A stretch of 64,000 nucleotides of DNA, from NCBI GenBank assembly GCA_016938065.1, contig JAFGVI010000139.1, positions 4,747-68,746 on the forward strand, written 5' to 3'. The position numbers and the translations under genes were made by a program. This stretch comes from Deltaproteobacteria bacterium. GTDB taxonomy: Bacteria; Desulfobacterota; Anaeroferrophillalia; Anaeroferrophillales; Tharpellaceae. The notes below the pieces were generated by a model that worked only from the letters and a program-made list of their open reading frames with translations, searched no databases and was not told the DNA's origin. Below are positions 1-9,356 of the stretch, one piece after another; the stretch's first letter is position 1, and the number at the start of each line of letters is the position of its first letter.

Positions 1-86
1 TGACCAGAACCATTTAAGACGGCTAACAACTGATGCAGCTCATCAAACAACCTTAAATGAGACGAAAAGAATAAGGGATCAATACC

Positions 87-740
87 ATGCGCATGATTGC
101 TCCATCAATTTTATCAGCCGATTTCAGCCGTCTCGGAGAAGAGATCAAAGCGCTGGATCGAGCCGGGGCCGACCTCATCCATATTGATGTTATGGATGGT
201 CATTTTGTCCCCAATCTGACGATTGGCCCCGGGGTTGTCAAGGCGTTGCGCCCTCACACCAAGCTACTTTTCGACGTACATCTGATGATCTCGGAACCGG
301 AACGTTACATAGATAACTTTGTCGCAGCCGGGGCCGACATTCTCACCGTCCACCAGGAATCCGGGCCCCACCTGCACCGCTTGCTTCAGATGATTAAAGC
401 CCACGATATCAAAGCCGGCGTCTCCCTCAATCCCGCCACCCCGGCCGTCATGCTTGAAGATATTATCGGCGAGGTTGATCTGGTGCTGGTTATGACGGTA
501 AATCCTGGGTTTGGCGGCCAGCAGATGATTCCGGCCGCTTTAAACAAGATCGCGCGCATAAAAGAGCTTGCCGGAACTCGCGAAAAACCCCTTCTGATTG
601 AGGTGGACGGAGGGATTAAAGTTGAGACTATTGCCTGTGCTGAAGCGGCCGGAGCTGATATTTTTGTTGCCGGTTCTGCCGTTTTCAGCTCTAAAGATTA
701 TGCAGGCAATATTCAGGCATTAAAAAAAGCCGGGGCATAA
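87..740 (+). CDS. rpe: Ribulose-phosphate 3-epimerase
   Basis: 217-aa ORF. IAPSILSADF, HIDVMDGHFVPN and VNPGFGGQ motifs are typical of the Rpe TIM-barrel family. Confidence 0.93.
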   Translation: MRMIAPSILSADFSRLGEEIKALDRAGADLIHIDVMDGHFVPNLTIGPGVVKALRPHTKLLFDVHLMISEPERYIDNFVAAGADILTVHQESGPHLHRLLQMIKAHDIKAGVSLNPATPAVMLEDIIGEVDLVLVMTVNPGFGGQQMIPAALNKIARIKELAGTREKPLLIEVDGGIKVETIACAEAAGADIFVAGSAVFSSKDYAGNIQALKKAGA

Positions 741-755
741 AGCACCTGGCTTTTT
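722..755. terminator. Bidirectional rho-independent terminator between convergent rpe and rpoD
   Basis: A7 run, then stem AGCCGGG/CCTGGCT (7 bp, one G-T) with a 10-nt loop, then T5. It reads as hairpin plus U-run on both strands. Confidence 0.6.
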
Positions 756-806
756 CAATATAGACAGACACCGGAACAAAAAACAGCCCCGTACCCACAA
801 GAATTT

Positions 807-2780
807 TTAATATTCGATAAACCCCCGCAATTTGCGGCTGCGGCTGGGGTGGCGCAACTTACGCAAGGCCTTGGCTTCAATCTGGCGAATCCGTTCGCGG
901 GTAACTTCAAAATCCTGGCCCACCTCCTCCAGGGTATGGTCACAACGTTCGCCGATCCCGAAACGCAGGCGCAGAACCTTCTCTTCACGTTTAGTCAGAC
1001 TGCTCAACACATACTGAGTCTGACTGGCAAGATCACCTTTAACCACCGAGTCAAGAGGATTAACCGCGCGCTTATCCTCAATAAAATCTCCTAAATGGCT
1101 GTCTTCCTCTTCGCCGATCGGCGTTTCCAGGGAGATCGGCTCCTTGGCGATCTTCAAAACTTTTTTAACTTTATCAAGGGCGATATCCATGCGCTCGGCA
1201 ATCTCTTCCGGGGTCGGTTCCCGGCCGAGTTCCTGCAGAAGCACTCGTGATGTCCGAATCAGTTTATTGATGGTCTCAATCATATGGACCGGAATCCGAA
1301 TTGTCCGGGCCTGATCGGCGATAGCCCGGGTTATCGCCTGGCGGATCCACCAGGTCGCGTAAGTGCTGAATTTATAGCCCCGCTGGTACTCAAATTTATC
1401 AACAGCCTTCATCAGGCCGATGTTACCTTCCTGAATCAGATCGAGAAACTGAAGCCCGCGGTTGGTATACTTTTTCGCAATACTGACCACCAGACGCAAA
1501 TTGGCTTTGATCAATTGATTTTTCGCATTTTCAGCCTTACGTTCACCGACCGTAATCTGTTGATCGACCCGCTTGAGATCGGCCAGACTCAAGCCGGTAT
1601 CATCCCCGATGCGCTTCAGTTTGCCACTCAAGTTATCAACCCGGAACCAGAGGTCGTCAAAACCATCCTCATCAAGTCCATACTCCTGTGAAAAAGCCCG
1701 GCGCTTCTCCTCATCTTCGAGGCACTCCTTGCAAAGCAGACGCAAATTCCGTAAACGGGTCTTATAGCGATCTTCGATACGGACAATCATCTTTTCCAGA
1801 TTACGACCCATATCAACATAGCTCTTCAGATTGGCAATTATCTCTTCAATGACTACGGGTCTGAGTTTAACGGCATAAAACTGATTTATAATTTCGCGCT
1901 CATTTTTTTTAATCTGGCCCCTTAAAGCACTTCTCCTGACCGAAGAACGTAACTCGGCATCGGGATGTTTCAATCGATTGCGAAAGGCCCGGTTTTCAGC
2001 GAAAAGTCTGGTAATGGTCTCGATACCGCTGACAATCCTCTGGGCCAGACTCTCATCGTCCTGATCAACATTATTTTCCGAGGCGATCAATTCCGCTACC
2101 TCTTTCTGTCCCTCCAGATCGTCATCGCTCGCGGTAGCAGTCGTATCGTCATCAACCTCGTCCTCATCATCCAGGGAAACCAGCCCGGAATCCATATCCT
2201 CTTCGATCTCTACCTCTTCCTCAATATCGCGACTGATCGATTTGACTGTAATCTCTTCAGTACTTAACAAACTGCCGAGACGACTCAGGGTATTGACGGT
2301 CAAAACCGATTTTAATAAAGCTTTGACTACCTCCCGCTCACCGTCATCTATCTTTTTTGCGATTTCAACCTCACCCTCACGAGTCAGCAGCGGTACCGAC
2401 CCCATCTCCCAGAGATACATCCTGACCGGATCATGGTGCCGTTCCGAAGAGCTTTCCGCAGCCCCGGCAGCATTCGCCTCCAGGCCGTCTTTCTCCTGAC
2501 CGTCTTCCGCTGTCGACATTTTGGACGCCTTATCCCCATCATCAACATCGATCCCCATCTCGGCGAAAAGCATCAGCATTTCGTCGATCTTCTCCGGAGA
2601 TACGGCTTCCGGCGGCAGGACATCATTAATCTGAGCATAAGAAAGAAAACCTTTCTCCTTGCCCTGGAGAATCAATTTTTTAATGTCCTCTGAATTAATT
2701 TCCGAGCTAATTATGGTTTCTGCACCCCTGACCTTCTTAGCCGCTGAGGCACTACCACTGGATGTCGCCGACATTTTCAC
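807..2780 (-). CDS. rpoD: Primary RNA polymerase sigma factor (sigma-70)
   Basis: 657-aa ORF. Region 2 ([32 protein letters not shown]) and region 4 ([30 protein letters not shown]) are present, with a long acidic non-conserved spacer. It sits downstream of dnaG as in the classic operon. Confidence 0.97.
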   Translation of the reverse strand: MKMSATSSGSASAAKKVRGAETIISSEINSEDIKKLILQGKEKGFLSYAQINDVLPPEAVSPEKIDEMLMLFAEMGIDVDDGDKASKMSTAEDGQEKDGLEANAAGAAESSSERHHDPVRMYLWEMGSVPLLTREGEVEIAKKIDDGEREVVKALLKSVLTVNTLSRLGSLLSTEEITVKSISRDIEEEVEIEEDMDSGLVSLDDEDEVDDDTTATASDDDLEGQKEVAELIASENNVDQDDESLAQRIVSGIETITRLFAENRAFRNRLKHPDAELRSSVRRSALRGQIKKNEREIINQFYAVKLRPVVIEEIIANLKSYVDMGRNLEKMIVRIEDRYKTRLRNLRLLCKECLEDEEKRRAFSQEYGLDEDGFDDLWFRVDNLSGKLKRIGDDTGLSLADLKRVDQQITVGERKAENAKNQLIKANLRLVVSIAKKYTNRGLQFLDLIQEGNIGLMKAVDKFEYQRGYKFSTYATWWIRQAITRAIADQARTIRIPVHMIETINKLIRTSRVLLQELGREPTPEEIAERMDIALDKVKKVLKIAKEPISLETPIGEEEDSHLGDFIEDKRAVNPLDSVVKGDLASQTQYVLSSLTKREEKVLRLRFGIGERCDHTLEEVGQDFEVTRERIRQIEAKALRKLRHPSRSRKLRGFIEY

Positions 2781-2918
2781 CTCTTAATCAGAATTTTATT
2801 CCACCTGAAACCCCGATCAGTCACGGCGCAGCCGCGGTCGGGGCTCTGTCAACTGATCTCAAAACAGAACAGCAGGGGCCAAGTCAGACATTACAATTTT
2901 CCTTCTGCCCAAGCCTTA

Positions 2919-4733
2919 TTACGATGCCATTAAGCTCTTTTTCAACTCCATCTTCTGCCGCAAAAGGGCAAACATCTGCTCTTCATCGCGGCACTGGGAA
3001 AGCTTGCGATCAAGGTTTCGCGACTGCTCGTGCCCCTGGCGTTTACGCAAACTGACCAGACAATCACAGACAATTTTTCGGGCGACTTCAAGATCCTCAG
3101 CCGGAGCCGGCAGATTTATCAGACGGGCATAGAGAGAGCACAGCGCTTCGCCCGCCCCGCTGCCGTAGAGCTGCTGCAGCAGGGCTCCGCCATCGCTATC
3201 GGCACCACACTGCGCCAGTTCCTGACAGAGACTGCAACAATCCGCATTTTCGACAAGAGCCAGATAATCGCGACCGAACTCGGCCTGCAGTTGAGGATAG
3301 GTCAGAAAAGCTGCCAGAATCATCTCTTCCGGCTGTGCTCCGGTTCGGGCCAGCCCCGATCTGCCAATGCTCGCGACAATCTTATCCGGCTCTCCTTCTC
3401 GACCCGGAAAAGGCTTTGACTGCTGACGGATACGACGATACTCGTCAAGCACAATCTCTTCCGCCAGCCGCAGAGATTCAGCCGTTGCCCGCATGGCCAT
3501 GCCCCTTAACGGGTCATCCGGCAGAAGCATGATCATCGCCAAAACTTCCCGCAAAAACAGCAGACGGTCATTATAACCATCAAGCCCCACCCCTTTTTCT
3601 CTGAGGAAAAAATCAAACAGAGGAGTCTGCCGGGAAAGAGCCTGCTGCAGCGCCGAATCATCAAGCCCGCCGGCGAGCTGATCCGGGTCTTTTACTCCAT
3701 CCGGCAGCATAACCATATCCGGCATAATCCCCACCGCCATGAAAAGCGGCAGGGCACGAAAGGCCGCGGCTTTGCCGGCCCGGTCATTATCGAAAAAAAT
3801 CGCGACCCTGTTACTGTAACGTTTGACCGCCGCCACATTTTCAGCCGAAAGGGCCGTACCTAAAGTCGCCACCACATTATCCACCCCGCGCAAATAGAGG
3901 GACAACGCATCCATGTACCCTTCAACCAGAAAGGTTGAGCCGCTTTTGACAATCGCCGGCCGGGCATGGTGCAGATCATAGAGCAGACGGCGCTTATTAA
4001 AAAGCGGAGATTCCGGACTGTTAAGGTATTTGGGTTCAGCCTCCCCCAGGGAACGGCCCCCGAAACCGACTACAGCCCCGCCGACATCGCGAATCGGAAA
4101 AATCAGCCGATCGCGAAAACGATCATAACGCCGGCTGCTGCCCTCTTTCTGCACCAGCAGCCCGGCAGCAACAGCCACCCTTTCGTCAACCCCCTGACGG
4201 CCCAGTTCATCTTTCAGCGCGGTCCAGGCCTCGGGCGCAAAACCCAGCCCGAAAGTTTGCGCCTGTTGCGGATCAATGCCGCGTTTTCGCAGGTAAAGAC
4301 CAACTTTCCCACGCAAATTGGCCTGCAGCTGCCGAACAAAAAAATTCTGCGCACAGGCCACCGCATTTTCCAGCCGCTCCCGCTCGGAACGGGCTTTCGC
4401 CTGAGCTTCCTGACTGCCGCGCCGCCGCTCATAAGGAGAGATATCAACCCCGGCCCGGTTTGCCAGACGCACCAGGGTTTCCGGATAGGAAAGATTTTCG
4501 ATCCGCTTCAAAAAACCGATGACATCACCCCCTTCACCACAACCGAAACAGTGAAAGATCGCCTTTGCCTGATTCACGGTAAAGGAGGGGGTTTTTTCCC
4601 CATGAAAGGGACACAGCCCTTTATAATTTGCGCCGGCCTTCGTCAAAGCCACATAGTCACCGACAAGCTCGACAATATCAATCCGCGAGCGCAGGTCACT
4701 GACAAACTCCGGCGGAAAAGAATAGGAATTCAT
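2919..4733 (-). CDS. dnaG: DNA primase
   Basis: 604-aa ORF. N-terminal zinc ribbon CPFHGEKTPSF...HCFGCGEGGD and a TOPRIM region (LVEGYMD). The ATG directly abuts the TAG of the upstream gene. Confidence 0.95.
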   Translation of the reverse strand: MNSYSFPPEFVSDLRSRIDIVELVGDYVALTKAGANYKGLCPFHGEKTPSFTVNQAKAIFHCFGCGEGGDVIGFLKRIENLSYPETLVRLANRAGVDISPYERRRGSQEAQAKARSERERLENAVACAQNFFVRQLQANLRGKVGLYLRKRGIDPQQAQTFGLGFAPEAWTALKDELGRQGVDERVAVAAGLLVQKEGSSRRYDRFRDRLIFPIRDVGGAVVGFGGRSLGEAEPKYLNSPESPLFNKRRLLYDLHHARPAIVKSGSTFLVEGYMDALSLYLRGVDNVVATLGTALSAENVAAVKRYSNRVAIFFDNDRAGKAAAFRALPLFMAVGIMPDMVMLPDGVKDPDQLAGGLDDSALQQALSRQTPLFDFFLREKGVGLDGYNDRLLFLREVLAMIMLLPDDPLRGMAMRATAESLRLAEEIVLDEYRRIRQQSKPFPGREGEPDKIVASIGRSGLARTGAQPEEMILAAFLTYPQLQAEFGRDYLALVENADCCSLCQELAQCGADSDGGALLQQLYGSGAGEALCSLYARLINLPAPAEDLEVARKIVCDCLVSLRKRQGHEQSRNLDRKLSQCRDEEQMFALLRQKMELKKSLMAS

Positions 4734-5642
4734 CTAAGGCTTAATCTCTACAATGGGCGATTTTAAAGAAGGAAAATCAGCCGGGGTAACCCCGCCTTTC
4801 TGCATGGCCAGATCGAGATTCAATCCCGCCAGCAGACGATATGAGACTACATATTCTGGAAATTTTTTCTTAATGGCCGCAAGATGAGCGGCCACGGTTT
4901 GATCATCTCCCCTGACAATGGGACCGGTCAGAGCCTCAGCCGGAGAGACTCGTTCAAGATTGTCAAAACTGCCCCGAATCAGCGGCAGCAGCATCTGACG
5001 AGCGGTCTCGGCATCGACCCCGATGCCGGTCATCAGGGTAATTGCCATTTCCTCCAAAGCAATAAAGAAATTGGATGATACGACTGCTGCGGCATGATAA
5101 AGTACCTTATCGGCCGCCGCCAGTCGCACCAGATGACCGCCAAAAACTTTTACCAGGTCTGAAGCCACAACCAGGCCCCGCTCATCGCCTTCAAAAGTAA
5201 AATACGAACCCGCCAGCGCCTCTGCCCCATTGGCCGCCGCAGCCACACTCTGCAGAGGATGCAGAGAGAAAGTTACAGCCGCGCGCGCGGCCAGCGGCCG
5301 CAGAACCTCTGAGGTCAAAGCCCCACTCAAATGAGCAAAAAAACAACCCTTCAGATCAGCGCGACCCGAGCCGGCCAGACTTTCGGCCAGATTTTCCGCC
5401 AGCCCGGCAAGATGTCGATCCTGAACCGCGAGAAAAACCAGCTCGGCCCCGGCAACCGCTTCCGCCGGCGTCGAACAGACCGTCACCGGAGTCGCAAGCA
5501 AAGCTTTTAACGAATCTATCTTATTAAGGTTATGATCGCAGACTCGCAAATTGCCGAGGGCATGGCGACCGACAAGAACCGCTAAAGCCGTGCCCACTCG
5601 ACCCAGACCGATAATGGCGATGGTAGTCAAATTATCAACCAT
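4734..5642 (-). CDS. Rossmann-fold NAD(P)-binding protein (ProC/TyrA-like N-terminus, possibly the DUF2520 family)
   Basis: 302-aa ORF. N-terminal IAIIGLGRVGTALA dinucleotide-binding motif. First gene of the apparent dnaG-rpoD transcription unit. Family assignment is from memory only. Confidence 0.55.
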   Translation of the reverse strand: MVDNLTTIAIIGLGRVGTALAVLVGRHALGNLRVCDHNLNKIDSLKALLATPVTVCSTPAEAVAGAELVFLAVQDRHLAGLAENLAESLAGSGRADLKGCFFAHLSGALTSEVLRPLAARAAVTFSLHPLQSVAAAANGAEALAGSYFTFEGDERGLVVASDLVKVFGGHLVRLAAADKVLYHAAAVVSSNFFIALEEMAITLMTGIGVDAETARQMLLPLIRGSFDNLERVSPAEALTGPIVRGDDQTVAAHLAAIKKKFPEYVVSYRLLAGLNLDLAMQKGGVTPADFPSLKSPIVEIKP

Positions 5643-5866
5643 ATGATTTAAAAATACAATATATTAAAAACAAGAGCCAAAAAACAAGAGCCGCCGGTAA
5701 TAACCGACGGCTTTATGCAGATTAAACGCCTTATCTTCTCAGAAAAAAACTCAGTCAATAGACGCTCCAGAAGTTATGCAGACCGGGCTGGCCGCAAACA
5801 TCCTATAACATAACCAGCGAATTAGCCACTGTCAAGCTGATGGCCACATATTTTATCTGCCTCACC

Positions 5867-5907
5867 AAAAAAAAGAGTACCGACTCTATCGAGTCGGTAC
5901 TCTTTTT
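5867..5907 (-). terminator. Strong rho-independent terminator downstream of the barrel gene
   Basis: Perfect 12-bp stem GAGTACCGACTC/GAGTCGGTACTC with loop TATC. It is flanked by A8 (a U8 tail on the minus strand) and T5 on the plus strand. Confidence 0.8.
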
Positions 5908-5977
5908 CAATCTGCCAGCACCGTAAAAAAAGCTGGTGCTGCCCTTACAGGATCTTGCCTGCAGGCATTACCTGCGT

Positions 5978-6400
5978 CTAGAACCGGAAGGTTAAGCCGG
6001 CATTGACCAGCAGAAGATCGCCGCTGGTATCGTAAAGATAGGGCTCATCATCACTGTAATCAGTGTATGAGGCATTAAGGTTAAGGGTCAAGCGCTCATT
6101 GAAATCGTAGGAGCAGCCCAGATAATATTCGATCTCGTCAATATCAAGATCACTGTTATCTTCCCATACGGCAAAAGCCAAGGCATGATCGTAACCGAAA
6201 GCCGCCGGCGATGTACCTTCGGTGTAGGCGGCGCTGAGATTATCCATCTCGGCTTTGCCCCAGTTGAAAATAACTCCACCATTGAACTTCAGCTTCTCGG
6301 TGGGAGCAAAATCAGCACTGAACAGCAGAGTGTGAACGTCGGTCTTGTATTCCATATCTGACAATGTGTACCCAAAACTTGGGGACAAATAGGTGCCAGC
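5978..6400 (-). CDS. C-terminal 140 codons of the MtrB/PioB-like outer-membrane beta-barrel (in-frame continuation after an internal TGA)
   Basis: Same frame as 6401..8314. No RBS, signal peptide or ATG of its own (the track start is a TTG). Alternating beta-strand-like sequence ends ...NAGLTFRF-TAG, with a C-terminal Phe beta-signal. Confidence 0.55.
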   Translation of the reverse strand, partial: AGTYLSPSFGYTLSDMEYKTDVHTLLFSADFAPTEKLKFNGGVIFNWGKAEMDNLSAAYTEGTSPAAFGYDHALAFAVWEDNSDLDIDEIEYYLGCSYDFNERLTLNLNASYTDYSDDEPYLYDTSGDLLLVNAGLTFRF

Positions 6401-8314
6401 TCAGCCGCCATAGGCAACCGCCGAGAGAAAAGCCTGATCCTCCATGTCCATATAGTTATAGGCCAGGGTAAAAGTCAGATTGTCGACCGGCGCGAAAAAA
6501 AGATCCGCCCCTAAAGCATACATCTCTTTATCAAAGGAGTTGCCATGTCCCGGCACGTCCATTTTGACCTCTTCGAGATTGTAAAGAAAGTGGCCGCTGA
6601 CCGTAATTTTAGGTGAAATATTATAGGTCGCATGCGCTTTGAACTTATGCACACTCTCGGGCTCTGAAGTCAGATCGAGACTGCGGCTGTTATACATGAC
6701 ATAGTACTCGACCGAATCCGGTTTGGACGGCTGGGGGAGATTTTTAACCGAACAATACCCCGGTGTTGCAGCACAACCTACAGGATCAACATTGGCTCTA
6801 AGCCAGAGCAGCATCGCGTCAGGATCGGCATAGGCAGCCCGCTCATGCACGAAAGGATCATCAATGTCTTCATAAGAGTATTCAAACCGCAGACTCAGAT
6901 CTTTGACTGCGCGACTGTTTAAAGCAATTGAATAGGTATCACTGGTGGTTTTCAACTCAGTATCAACATCTTCAACTTCACGCTCCCAGCCGACCAGCAG
7001 ATTGGTCCGTTTAAAAACTTTGAATTTAAACTCAGCTCCATAGGTATCGGTATCGCGCGAAAGACTCGATTCCCGCTCCCAGGGCCAGCCGTCATGCTCC
7101 TGCGAAAAACCATGCAGACCAAAAAGGGTAGGATCGATAGCCGCCGAATTGGCTCCCTGCGGATCATAACTGGTATCATCGTAACTGATAACCACGTCAT
7201 CAGCATCGAGATTCTCATGGCGATATTTGAACGACATGGTCATGAATGAAACCGGAGCAGAGGTCAAACGCAGAGCATAAGCATCATAATCGTAGCTCGG
7301 ATCATCACTGATCGTCACATCGGCGCCGACAAAATTATCAGTTGCCGTATTGTTATCGATCTCGGAATGAACATAACTGCCGAAAACCGTGGTATTCATC
7401 GCCAGAGCCAACTGGGCTTTGACAATATGTGAATCCTTTTCCGAATCCGGGGTTGAGGAATAGACCAAATCACCTTCATTACCAAAATAGGTCAGCTTGG
7501 TATCCATTGCATTAGCTGTCATATACTGGTTGACCGGCGGTTTCGAATTTTCATCAAAGGTGCGTCGCAGAAAAGTGTAGTCGAGGGTTACCAGACCTAA
7601 GTGAGCCGTGGCCCCAATCGAAAAATCCTGGGTCTCCTCATCAATTTTGTGTTTATCGCCAGCCAGATGGCAGCCACCACACTTGCTCATGGTCCGGGTC
7701 TGTTCATACCCGGTGCGCTGCTCCATCCGATATTTGGCATGAAGCTTGATAAACTCGGCCCCGGGAATGATAAACTCATTATCGGAAACCAGCTCTTCAC
7801 GAACGACATACATATCGTCGCCCCACGAAGTGTTACGCACAACAGCAACATTAGGACCTACCAACTCCGGATGACCTAAAACCGCCTTGTCCGCTGCGGC
7901 CGTTGTAAAAGGATGGGTGGCGTCCATACCTGCCGGAAAAGCGAAATCAGGGTTGACATTGTAGTTAACCAAGTCGTCGTTTTCCAGCCAGTGAAGGAAT
8001 TTCTGATAGCTGTTCTTGGTCCGGAAATAGCGCTTTAGATCCAGATCAAGCTGTCCGCCCAGATCATCCTCATGCAGAAAGTTGACCCCGAAATCATATT
8101 TGATTCCGTTGTGATTACCGTTAATATTCATATCGAAGGTGGCATTGCCACCCTGATCCGCCGTCAGGTACTGCGCCGCACCTTCCCGCGAGTCATCAAT
8201 ATTGACCCCCTGTATACCAATCCCGACGCTGCCCGTGGTCTGTCCCGCCCACGAGAGAGCCGGTACCAGTGCCAGGCAGAGGGCCAGAATCATAAATAGT
8301 GCAATACGTTTCAT
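6401..8314 (-). CDS. MtrB/PioB-like decahaem-associated outer-membrane beta-barrel, N-terminal 637 codons, ending at an in-frame TGA
   Basis: GGAAGGAG RBS 5 nt before the ATG at 8314. Signal peptide MKRIALFMILALCLALVPALSWA. Gly/Asp/Asn/Tyr-rich sequence. The gene starts 19 nt after the decahaem cytochrome gene. It ends ...AVAYGG-TGA without a beta-signal. Confidence 0.65.
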   Translation of the reverse strand: MKRIALFMILALCLALVPALSWAGQTTGSVGIGIQGVNIDDSREGAAQYLTADQGGNATFDMNINGNHNGIKYDFGVNFLHEDDLGGQLDLDLKRYFRTKNSYQKFLHWLENDDLVNYNVNPDFAFPAGMDATHPFTTAAADKAVLGHPELVGPNVAVVRNTSWGDDMYVVREELVSDNEFIIPGAEFIKLHAKYRMEQRTGYEQTRTMSKCGGCHLAGDKHKIDEETQDFSIGATAHLGLVTLDYTFLRRTFDENSKPPVNQYMTANAMDTKLTYFGNEGDLVYSSTPDSEKDSHIVKAQLALAMNTTVFGSYVHSEIDNNTATDNFVGADVTISDDPSYDYDAYALRLTSAPVSFMTMSFKYRHENLDADDVVISYDDTSYDPQGANSAAIDPTLFGLHGFSQEHDGWPWERESSLSRDTDTYGAEFKFKVFKRTNLLVGWEREVEDVDTELKTTSDTYSIALNSRAVKDLSLRFEYSYEDIDDPFVHERAAYADPDAMLLWLRANVDPVGCAATPGYCSVKNLPQPSKPDSVEYYVMYNSRSLDLTSEPESVHKFKAHATYNISPKITVSGHFLYNLEEVKMDVPGHGNSFDKEMYALGADLFFAPVDNLTFTLAYNYMDMEDQAFLSAVAYGG

Positions 8315-8333
8315 GATCGCTCCTTCCGTCAAA

Positions 8334-9356
8334 TTATCTGGTTAAAGCCCGACCCTGTCCGGGGACTGTCTGGGATGGCAGATCGCTGCCGTGAACCTGG
8401 GAATGACACTGCGTACATTTGGTTGCATAAGCCTTAGCCCAGAGAGTTTTATCCGAATAATCATACTGGCTTGCTGAAATCGGATTGCCATAATTATCCG
8501 CGATTTCACCATTGGTTGCTACATCACGACTCCACGTCCGTCCGGCATGAAAATGAGGCTCATGACACTGCAGGCAGAGATAAGGCTCATTGGCTTTCTT
8601 CAGATTATTTGAAACCGTGCCATGAGGATCATGACAGATCATACAGTCATCGGAAACCGGAGAGTGTTCGAAAACAAACGGTCCCTGATAACGGGTATGA
8701 CAATTTAAACAGAGATCGTTAAGGCGCTCATCGGTTTTCAGATTTTTGACCATCGAACCGTGATTGGCATGACAGTCACTGCAGACCATCTTCCCTTCTT
8801 TAACCGGATGGTGTGAAGGATAGTACATTTTTGCCCGTTCCAGCGCATGACACTCGTAACAGAGCTCAGGTTCGGCTTTTTCCAGGGAAGCGGCCACCAC
8901 CGGAGGGCTGTGAATTTTATGACAGCTCAGACAACCGACATCATTCATCGGATGCGCCGTACCGGCCCAATCGAAATGCTCGCCGTCACTGTGGCAACGC
9001 AAACAGACTGCCGAAGCCGTCCCCGGGTCAAGTTTTTCAAATGAAATTACCTGACTCGGATCTTCTGATGCCGTATGCAAGCTCGCAGGTCCGTGACAGG
9101 TTTCGCAACCCTTCATTCCAATCGCCGTCTCCTTAGCCAGAATACGGTCATGGATCGAGCCGCTGAAGGCCGCGACCAAAGTATCATGGCAATCGGCGCA
9201 AGACTCGCTACCGGCAAACTGGGCCCCTTTAACGGGCACCGGTAGTTTGAGAACGCAAGCTCTATGACTGCTCAAAGTCGTACAGGCGGCAAGACTCATG
9301 GCTAACGCCATCAGTACCCCTGCTCCGAGCATAAGCCAATGCTTTTTCATGTTCAT
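8334..9356 (-). CDS. Decahaem c-type cytochrome, DmsE/MtrA-like
   Basis: 340 aa from the ATG at 9356 (AAGGAGAAG RBS upstream). Ten CXXCH motifs. Signal peptide with a lipobox-like LAAC. C-terminal CTQCHSQVHGSDLPSQ. The longer 432-aa track ORF has an implausible N-terminus. Confidence 0.85.
   Translation of the reverse strand: MNMKKHWLMLGAGVLMALAMSLAACTTLSSHRACVLKLPVPVKGAQFAGSESCADCHDTLVAAFSGSIHDRILAKETAIGMKGCETCHGPASLHTASEDPSQVISFEKLDPGTASAVCLRCHSDGEHFDWAGTAHPMNDVGCLSCHKIHSPPVVAASLEKAEPELCYECHALERAKMYYPSHHPVKEGKMVCSDCHANHGSMVKNLKTDERLNDLCLNCHTRYQGPFVFEHSPVSDDCMICHDPHGTVSNNLKKANEPYLCLQCHEPHFHAGRTWSRDVATNGEIADNYGNPISASQYDYSDKTLWAKAYATKCTQCHSQVHGSDLPSQTVPGQGRALTR

Noticed and set aside
3966-4766. 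A 266-aa plus-strand ORF.
   Set aside because: It is antisense to dnaG. It has no motifs and an implausible composition.
6401-6403. The idea that the internal TGA reflects a TGA-reassigned genetic code.
   Set aside because: TGA terminates several well-defined genes here at their expected lengths, including fabD, nrdR, lpxK, the ParA-like gene and the TusA-like gene. The standard code therefore applies.
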